13,815 bases of DNA from Bdellovibrionota bacterium (GTDB lineage Bacteria; Bdellovibrionota_C; UBA2361; JBIKWN01): NCBI GenBank assembly GCA_044356295.1, contig JBIKWN010000065.1, positions 1 to 13,815 on the forward strand, given 5' to 3'. The notes below the pieces were generated by a model that was not told the DNA's origin, searched no databases, and saw only the letters and a list, made by a program, of their open reading frames with translations. This document shows positions 7,686 to 13,815 of the stretch, one piece after another (position 1 is the stretch's first letter; each line of letters begins with the position of its first letter). Both the position numbers and the translations under genes were made by a program.

Positions 7686-9638
7686 TTATGGCTTGTCATC
7701 GATAACTATTTCCGATCTCCATCCAGTCGGGGTCCCATTTTTTTCTAATTCGGCAATCTCTTTTAGATAAAGGCTACATACTGTTGCTAAGATCGGGACT
7801 TCGTCTTGAATCTTTAAAAATTGAAGTATTGCAAGATCCCACTTCTTATCTTGAAATAATTGCAAACAAGATCTCCAATCACTTTTTTGAAGATCATTTA
7901 TTTCTGATGAAGAAGGAATAGAAACTAAAATTGGATCTTTTTTCCCTGGTAGTACAACTGATCCAAGTACTAAGCAAGAATCCTCTATTGAAAGATCTTT
8001 AGAAATTGCTTCACTGAGTAAAATAGTTGTACCAAATTTTTTATTTAACTGCTCAAGTCGAGAAGTAATATTTACCCCGTCTCCAATAGCAGTGTAATCG
8101 AATCGATTATAAGAACCAAAATTACCAACAACAACTCTATCACGATGAATACCAATACGAGTTTTAAAAAGAGGTCTATCAGTACCTTCTCGTTCTTTGA
8201 TTTTATCTTGTATCGCAAGAGCAGTTTTCAGTGCTTTATCAGAAGCATCTTCAATTGGGATTGGAGCCCCCCAAATGACAAACATACCATCGCCGATAAA
8301 CTTAATGAGTGTGCCTTCCAATGTAAGTGCGATACCAGCAATTTCTGAAAAGTAGTGATTCATATTAGACGCCAATCGAGACCTGTCAGCATGTTCACTC
8401 CACGAGGTAAATCCTGCTATATCAGTAAACAGCATGGTCACTTCAACTTCGTTACCACCAAGCTGAATTGATTCATTTGCGTTAATAATTTTATCTACCA
8501 TTGATGGAGTTACATACCTTGAGAAAGCAAGTCTGGTTTTCTGCTGTACCCTGTACACAGTGATATAATAAAAAAGTAAGCTTATTAAAAAGCAAAGTGG
8601 CAGTACTACTCCAAAGGCAAGAATTCCAGGGATAAAAATACTTTTTAGAAACAATGCATAAGAAAGTATTCCCCATGTCACTGAGGAACATAATAAGAGC
8701 GCAAAGCTTTTAACAGGAGTCATCAGAAACATACTCATCGCAAGTATAAAGATAATAATCCCAGCGATAACAATTTCATTTTGTAATGGATAGCGATGAA
8801 TCCAGGATTTCTCTAAAAGGTTACCAGTTGCTGTAGCATGCACTTCAACGCCGAAAGTATTTCGACCATAAAAAGGAGTAGTAAAGCTATCTTTAGAAAG
8901 AGATCGTGAGTGAGTTGTTAAGTAAGGTCCAATAAAAACAATTTTATCCTTTATTGCACTTTCTAGTTCCTTAGGTTCTTTTTCAAGAATTGTATAAAAC
9001 GGAATAGCTGAAACTGTCCCTGCTGGTCCGTAAAAATTTATAAAATCTCTTTCCTGAGGATACTCACTTGATTGAGATGCCATTTGTGCAAGTGGACGGA
9101 TCAATTCAGCTTCAGGACGAATTGAAGTACCAAAACGCCTCACAACCCCAAAATCCAGAGGAAACGACGCTCGACCAACGGCTTCAGCTGATGAAATAAA
9201 AAGCTGCTCTGGCTTTACGATTTCAGTTTGCTTCCCATCGCCTTCACCGTACATCCATGCATCTTGGGCAATAACTGTTGGAATTGAAGCAATGGAACGA
9301 CTCAACATCAGATCCATTTCAGGAGAAGCGCTTTTCCCTGCAAGAATCAGATCGAAAATAACTCGTTTTGCTCCAAGAACTTTTAATGTATCAAGTAATT
9401 GAGCGTTTAAGCTTCGCGGCCATGTCTCATAGGGCGAAATATTCAGTCGCTTGTAGCTTTCCATATCAAGCGCGACAACAACAACACCACGAGGTGGTGC
9501 AACAGGACCTCGAACACGAAACCAAGTATCTACAAGAAGAGGTTCAAGGCGGTCACCAAAATAACCACTAAAAAGAACTGTGTGAAGGATGACTAGGAAT
9601 ATTGAGGCAAGATTAATCGCGAGCCATTTTTTTCTCAT
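7686..9638 (-). CDS. CHASE2-domain class III adenylate cyclase, copy 2
   Basis: N-terminal TM, CHASE2 (VVVALD...WPRS...VIFD; INFYGP; KDKIVFIG; GVEVHA), 3 TMs, cyclase motifs LFTDIAGFT, LIKFIGDG, GNFGS..RFDYTAIGDGVNITSRLE (Lys/Thr specificity pair typical of class IIIb adenylate cyclases). Confidence 0.93.
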   Translation of the reverse strand: MRKKWLAINLASIFLVILHTVLFSGYFGDRLEPLLVDTWFRVRGPVAPPRGVVVVALDMESYKRLNISPYETWPRSLNAQLLDTLKVLGAKRVIFDLILAGKSASPEMDLMLSRSIASIPTVIAQDAWMYGEGDGKQTEIVKPEQLFISSAEAVGRASFPLDFGVVRRFGTSIRPEAELIRPLAQMASQSSEYPQERDFINFYGPAGTVSAIPFYTILEKEPKELESAIKDKIVFIGPYLTTHSRSLSKDSFTTPFYGRNTFGVEVHATATGNLLEKSWIHRYPLQNEIVIAGIIIFILAMSMFLMTPVKSFALLLCSSVTWGILSYALFLKSIFIPGILAFGVVLPLCFLISLLFYYITVYRVQQKTRLAFSRYVTPSMVDKIINANESIQLGGNEVEVTMLFTDIAGFTSWSEHADRSRLASNMNHYFSEIAGIALTLEGTLIKFIGDGMFVIWGAPIPIEDASDKALKTALAIQDKIKEREGTDRPLFKTRIGIHRDRVVVGNFGSYNRFDYTAIGDGVNITSRLEQLNKKFGTTILLSEAISKDLSIEDSCLVLGSVVLPGKKDPILVSIPSSSEINDLQKSDWRSCLQLFQDKKWDLAILQFLKIQDEVPILATVCSLYLKEIAELEKNGTPTGWRSEIVIDDKP

Positions 9639-9740
9639 AGTATCAATTAAAAATGCTTACGCTCTATTAATAAGCTTCGACAATACGTTAAGCTAACGAT
9701 TTATATCATCCTCTGAATAATGGGACTAGAATAATTATTG

Positions 9741-9947
9741 TCAGCGTAGGGCAACTTGTCCGCCTGTAGAGAATTCAGCATCAATGTTGCTAAATGTTTC
9801 CGCAACACTTCCTCCAACTGCTTCAACTGAAATAATTGAGATAACGCATATAAGCGCCAACGTTAAAGCATATTCAACTAATGCAGCTCCAGACTGAACA
9901 GCTTTGCTCTTTTTAGAATTTTTTTGCAGAAACATACTAGACATCAT
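9741..9947 (-). CDS. flp: Flp family (type IVb/Tad) prepilin, copy 1
   Basis: Basic leader, SG|AALVEYAL, hydrophobic helix, VGGSVAETFSNI typical of Flp pilins. GAGGA Shine-Dalgarno 6 nt upstream of ATG 9947. Confidence 0.9.
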   Translation of the reverse strand: MMSSMFLQKNSKKSKAVQSGAALVEYALTLALICVISIISVEAVGGSVAETFSNIDAEFSTGGQVALR

Positions 9948-9965
9948 GGAAAATCCTCAAAGTAC

Positions 9966-9992
9966 TAATCGGCCTGAAATCTTAGAACTGTA
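9966..9992 (-). promoter_or_regulatory. Sigma28/FliA-like promoter upstream of Flp copy 1
   Basis: Minus strand TACA-N15-GCCGATTA, one mismatch in each box relative to TAAA-N15-GCCGATAA, with exact spacing. Confidence 0.6.
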
Positions 9993-10042
9993 GGATTTGT
10001 AACTAAATATTTTTATGTGTAGATTCAATAGGTTAGCAAGAT

Positions 10043-12973
10043 CTATTTAGAGTCGATCCTTAATTCTCCACACCATTCATCTTCAGGTGATAGAATTTTG
10101 TAGCTTTCAATAAATTCTAGATAAAGTTGTGAAGCCAATTTCAATCTCTGCTCACGCAGCTTTACTTGCGTAAAAATTGCTTCAGCCTCTTTCCACTCTC
10201 GTGTTGAAAAATGAGTTATTGCCGCACTCCAAAGAGCTAATACTTCAGTGGAAGGGTTTTGATCAAAGATAGTAAATATATCTACCCCATATTCACGACC
10301 ATATACTTGCACTCGACCTAGTGGAACAAAAGAGAATTCATTATGTAGATCGTTTCTTACTGATTCACTAAATATTATTGAAGTACCAAATTTCTTATTT
10401 AACTGCTCTAAACGTGATGCAACATTCACACCGTCCCCGACTGCGGTATAGTCGAATCTTCTTGCAGAACCAAAATTTCCAACGACGACTGTATCTCGGT
10501 GAAGTCCTATACGAGTTTTCAGTTCAGGAAACTGCTCAATATGAGTTAGCTGCGCCACTCTTTCTTGAATACGAATTGCACTTTTCAGTGCATAATCCGA
10601 AGGCTCAGATATATCAACAGGCGCTCCCCAAATTACAAACATCCCATCTCCGATAAATTTGATCAGAGTACCTCGCTCTTCTAAAGCAATAGCGGCTATT
10701 TCACTAAAATATTTATTGAGCATTGAAGTAACTTGTCCGGGATCAGCTTTTTCAAGTAACGTTGTAAATCCTGAAATGTCAGAGAAAAGCATAGTAACTT
10801 CGATTAACTGACCACCAAGCTGCATCACTTCTGCATTATCGGCAATTCTGTCAACCATTTCAGGCATCAAATAATGCGCAAAAGCAGAGTGAATACGACG
10901 CTGACTGCGATAAATAACTAAGTAGTAATAGAGAGTACTTGCTAAAAAAATCAGAGGAAGAATAAAAAGAATTGCGATAAGTCCGGGAATAAACCTCCCG
11001 TTTAGGAAAGCGTTATACGAGCACGCTGCCCAGGAGCCTGCGATCAATAGCATGACAAGCGCACTCCAATACGGTTTCAAAGAAAACATCACCACACAAA
11101 CTAAGAAAATACCGATTCCCAAGCCAATAATCTCTAATTGCAATGGATAACGTTTAATCCAATCAGAGTGAAATAGATTTGCAGCTGCCGTAGCATGAAC
11201 TTCCACACCAAAATATTGATTACCGTCGTAAGCAGAAATATAAGAATCCTTAGTGCCTCCTTGAAAACCACTGGTAATATAGTATCCAACGAATACAAGT
11301 TTATTCTTAAAATAATTAGGAGGCAGGTACTGTTTCGGTTCTAATGCTTTATAAAAAGATACAACCGGAATAATACCTGAAGGACCGTAGTAATTGATAA
11401 AATCTCGATGCGACAGTTCTCTTTTAGTCGCCGTATTGAACAGCTCTGATGCTTTTTGAGCTAATGGAATAATTGTTTGCCCGTTAAAACTAATTGGTGA
11501 GGAAAACCTGCGAGCTATTCCGCTATCAATAGGCATTGATACACGTCCCAACCCAGAAGCTCGTTCAATAAAAATCAGCTCTGGACTAAAGTCTTCCACT
11601 CTTGCATTAACACCGCTTCCAAGAATTGATACATCACTTCCAATTATTGACGGAAAAGATCCTAATGCTTCTGCTAAATCACGATCACCGTGAGGATCAT
11701 CACTATTACCTTGAAAAATTGCATTAAATATAACAGCTTTAGCGCCTTGCTCTTTGAGAACATGGATCAATGCAGCTTGCTTATTTCTAGGCCACATTTC
11801 TGTTGTTGAAATCCCAAGATTTTTATAACTATCCAAATCAATTCCAACAATCGCAAATTCATCAGGTGGGGAAATAGCGCCTCTCAATTGAAACCATACG
11901 TCAGCAATATACGGTTCAAAACGTTTACCAAAATATCCATTAAATAAACTGAGATGAATTAATACAAATATACATGAGAGAACATTTACCATCATCCAAT
12001 GTCTGCTCATTCGTAACTCTTTACTCGATTGAACAGACTTCAGAATTTCTGAGGTTTTCTTTCTTACATATTGAGATATATCAATGTTTGAAACATCAAT
12101 AAAATTGACTAAACGACTTTTAATATCTGAGAAACTTTTAATCGATTTTTTTTGGCTATGAGTAAAGATTTTTTGATACCGATTACTTGCTGGATGCTGG
12201 TTACCTTGCAGTTCTAACAATTCAATCTCTATTAATCTCAATATATGATTAATATTCTCATAATGACTTGGTTTCAAAAGAAGTCTCAATGATTCAAGAC
12301 AAAGCCTTACCCTTGCAAGAAAGCTGGCAAGAAATAGTAAAAAATGTTGATAGTCAGCAGGACGTTCGTGTGGCTGAAGCTCGCTAATTACATTAATTCC
12401 ATCAAGAAAGAAAAATTGAAAACCATCAATAAAACCACCTAGATCGGCGAAAATTAATATCTTTTCTTCTTTATGGAAAGCGTCGTAAGGATTGTTGGAT
12501 TTTGTAGAAATGACATCTTGTTTTTGAATTTGAAAGAACGTCGTAGCAAGAATGAGTGACTTTAATTTTTCTCGTTGTGATTTATCGAGATGCTCCCTAA
12601 ATAACTCATCTGCTTTTAGCGCAGCAAATTCCTCATTACTTAATGTATGCAATTCTAGATCTTGCCGCTGATTACGGCGCAACGTCCCTGAATGATCGTA
12701 ATCGTGCATGAGAGCTGCAACCTCGAGAAGTTGTTGATCCTCTGACGAAAAGGGAGTAGTGAGCTGTGAACATAAAGTTTTTGTACGACGTATCACAGCT
12801 TTTGTGTGCTGATAATTATGATAGGTGTGCTTTAGTTTTTTTAAATCACTAAAAACTTTTTTCTTAATTTTTTGAAAAATCCCAACTGGAATAATTTCCT
12901 GACGTGAAGAATTATTGCGTTGAATACGCGAGTGATTAGTACCTAAATGAGGTCCCTTCCAGAAAATAGCCAC
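10043..12973 (-). CDS. HD/class-I-PDE-like domain + CHASE2 + class III adenylate cyclase fusion, copy 1
   Basis: N-terminal 321 aa carry YHNYQHT, LLEVAALMHDYDHSG, LILATT, FADL. From Met322 (ATG 12010, MSRHWMMVN) the protein is collinear with 7686..9638, including LFSDISGFT, LIKFIGDG, RFDYTAVGDGVNVASRLE. GTG start. Confidence 0.9.
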   Translation of the reverse strand: MAIFWKGPHLGTNHSRIQRNNSSRQEIIPVGIFQKIKKKVFSDLKKLKHTYHNYQHTKAVIRRTKTLCSQLTTPFSSEDQQLLEVAALMHDYDHSGTLRRNQRQDLELHTLSNEEFAALKADELFREHLDKSQREKLKSLILATTFFQIQKQDVISTKSNNPYDAFHKEEKILIFADLGGFIDGFQFFFLDGINVISELQPHERPADYQHFLLFLASFLARVRLCLESLRLLLKPSHYENINHILRLIEIELLELQGNQHPASNRYQKIFTHSQKKSIKSFSDIKSRLVNFIDVSNIDISQYVRKKTSEILKSVQSSKELRMSRHWMMVNVLSCIFVLIHLSLFNGYFGKRFEPYIADVWFQLRGAISPPDEFAIVGIDLDSYKNLGISTTEMWPRNKQAALIHVLKEQGAKAVIFNAIFQGNSDDPHGDRDLAEALGSFPSIIGSDVSILGSGVNARVEDFSPELIFIERASGLGRVSMPIDSGIARRFSSPISFNGQTIIPLAQKASELFNTATKRELSHRDFINYYGPSGIIPVVSFYKALEPKQYLPPNYFKNKLVFVGYYITSGFQGGTKDSYISAYDGNQYFGVEVHATAAANLFHSDWIKRYPLQLEIIGLGIGIFLVCVVMFSLKPYWSALVMLLIAGSWAACSYNAFLNGRFIPGLIAILFILPLIFLASTLYYYLVIYRSQRRIHSAFAHYLMPEMVDRIADNAEVMQLGGQLIEVTMLFSDISGFTTLLEKADPGQVTSMLNKYFSEIAAIALEERGTLIKFIGDGMFVIWGAPVDISEPSDYALKSAIRIQERVAQLTHIEQFPELKTRIGLHRDTVVVGNFGSARRFDYTAVGDGVNVASRLEQLNKKFGTSIIFSESVRNDLHNEFSFVPLGRVQVYGREYGVDIFTIFDQNPSTEVLALWSAAITHFSTREWKEAEAIFTQVKLREQRLKLASQLYLEFIESYKILSPEDEWCGELRIDSK

Positions 12974-12992
12974 AGATTGTTATCCACTATGT

Positions 12993-13020
12993 ATATCGTC
13001 GAAAACATTCAATAAATGTA
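12993..13020 (-). promoter_or_regulatory. Sigma28-like motif upstream of the HD-CHASE2-cyclase gene
   Basis: Minus strand TACA-N16-GACGATAT, 19 nt before GTG 12973. Confidence 0.4.
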
Positions 13021-13127
13021 GCAAAGATAAGAATTTGAATGATAAAAAAGAAAACTTTCTATCAAACATAAGTTCAAGAAAAGCAAAACAAAACATTAAA
13101 TGAACAACCAAGAAATTTTTGCCTACC

Positions 13128-13209
13128 CAAAAACAAAAACCCAAGACGGAACGGGAAGAACCATCCACCAAAAACGTAAACCCAAGACGGAACGGGAAGA
13201 AACAATCAA
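13128..13209. repeat. 41-bp tandem duplication with an identical 24-bp core
   Basis: AAACCCAAGACGGAACGGGAAGAA at 13137-13160 and 13178-13201, with partly conserved flanks. Confidence 0.9.
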
Positions 13210-13235
13210 CAATCTTAGAATAAATATGGGGTGAA

Positions 13236-13285
13236 GCACCGACCAGGTGCGAGGGGCAAAGCCCCTGGGCCGGAGCGCCAAGCGC
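13236..13285. other. Cluster of three short GC-rich hairpins directly 3' of tRNA-fMet
   Basis: GCACC-gacca-GGTGC (13236-13250), AGGGGC-aaa-GCCCCT (13252-13266), GCGC-caa-GCGC (13275-13285) in an otherwise AT-rich context. Confidence 0.6.
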
Positions 13286-13291
13286 GAAAAG

Positions 13292-13368
<77 letters not shown>

Positions 13369-13379
13369 TCAATAGGAGG

Positions 13380-13409
13380 ATGATATACCAGAGAGCGCTG
13401 ATTGGTCAA
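13380..13409 (-). promoter_or_regulatory. Putative sigma70 promoter of tRNA-fMet
   Basis: Minus strand TTGACC (13404-13409), 18 nt, TATCAT (13380-13385), 11 nt before the tRNA 5' end. Confidence 0.5.
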
Positions 13410-13815
13410 ACCAGCTGTTTTTTTCTAGATTTTACTGACTGTCTCATCTGTAGCAGCTCTACGCCAAGTGCAAACCCCATCGGGAGGTATATATAAGCTT
13501 TTGGAACATGAACCTGCATACCTTCCATGAAAAGTGTTACGCCGATAACAACCAAGAAACTTAGTGCAAGAATTTTTAATGCAGCATGTGCTTGAACGAA
13601 CTCAGCTATTGGTTTACTAAATAGCAATACGGCGATAAATGAGACTAAGACGGCGACGTAGATAACGGATAAGTGATTCGTAAGACCGACTGCTGTTATA
13701 ATTGAGTCGATTGAGAAGACCAGATCGAAAAGTAAAATCTGCGTAACAGTACCAGCAACAGTCGCAAAGATCGTATCAATTTTTACTTCATCAGAACTTT
13801 TTTCTACAACATGGT
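13406..13815 (-). CDS. TerC family membrane protein, 3' part (5' end outside the window)
   Basis: The frame stays open to the window edge: ...QILLFDLVFSIDSIITAVGL...FSKPIAEFVQAHAALKILALSFLVVIGVTLFMEG...VPKAYIYLPMGFALGVELLQMR. DxVFSxDSxITAVG is the TerC signature. Confidence 0.93.
   Translation of the reverse strand, partial: HVVEKSSDEVKIDTIFATVAGTVTQILLFDLVFSIDSIITAVGLTNHLSVIYVAVLVSFIAVLLFSKPIAEFVQAHAALKILALSFLVVIGVTLFMEGMQVHVPKAYIYLPMGFALGVELLQMRQSVKSRKKQLV

Noticed and set aside
1087..10656. Short alternative-frame and antisense ORFs in the track (e.g. 1087..1272, 2937..3167, 5823..6032, 6149..6463, 8145..8348, 10378..10656)
   Set aside because: They lie within well-supported genes and show no recognisable motifs; treated as shadow ORFs.
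7686..12973. Cyclases as a Pycsar/CBASS-type anti-phage system
   Set aside because: They are membrane CHASE2 sensors with ATP-type specificity residues, and no cyclic-nucleotide-binding TIR or TM effector gene is adjacent.
12980..12988. TTATCCACT, near-match to a DnaA box beside an AT-rich tract (possible origin)
   Set aside because: A single 8/9 match with no box cluster and no dnaA/rep context.
12980..13171. 63-aa Phe/Leu-rich minus-strand ORF
   Set aside because: Composition follows from the A-rich tract and the repeat; no recognisable motif or RBS.
13128..13209. Direct repeats as a mini CRISPR array
   Set aside because: Only two copies, the 17-nt intervening sequence is too short and partly repeated itself, and there are no cas genes. 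A tandem duplication fits better.

Overview
AT-rich bacterial DNA with two contrasting halves. Left (1-~5400): an eroding accessory segment bracketed by two copies of a palindromic 9-bp-unit hairpin repeat. It holds an ORF6N gene split by a 123-bp IS4-like MITE, an intact TrkA/MthK-type K+ channel, a TMTC-like (GT-C + TPR) gene collapsed by about four internal deletions, an intact AAA_14/DUF4143 ATPase with an upstream inverted-repeat operator, and a nonsense-inactivated GT2 glycosyltransferase fused by deletion to a tail-fibre-like/peptidase-G2-like fragment. Right (~5450-13815): an intact secreted M4 (thermolysin-family) metallopeptidase converging on a minus-strand tandem array [HD/class-I-PDE-like + CHASE2 + class III adenylate cyclase] - [Flp pilin] - [CHASE2 + adenylate cyclase] - [Flp pilin], which lies downstream of tRNA-fMet and the 3' end of a TerC-family gene. 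Sigma28/FliA-like promoter motifs precede several genes. The best candidate for an undescribed system is the duplicated cyclase + orphan Flp-pilin module, one copy of which carries a fused putative phosphodiesterase domain. All calls come from reading the sequence by eye; no database searches were run.
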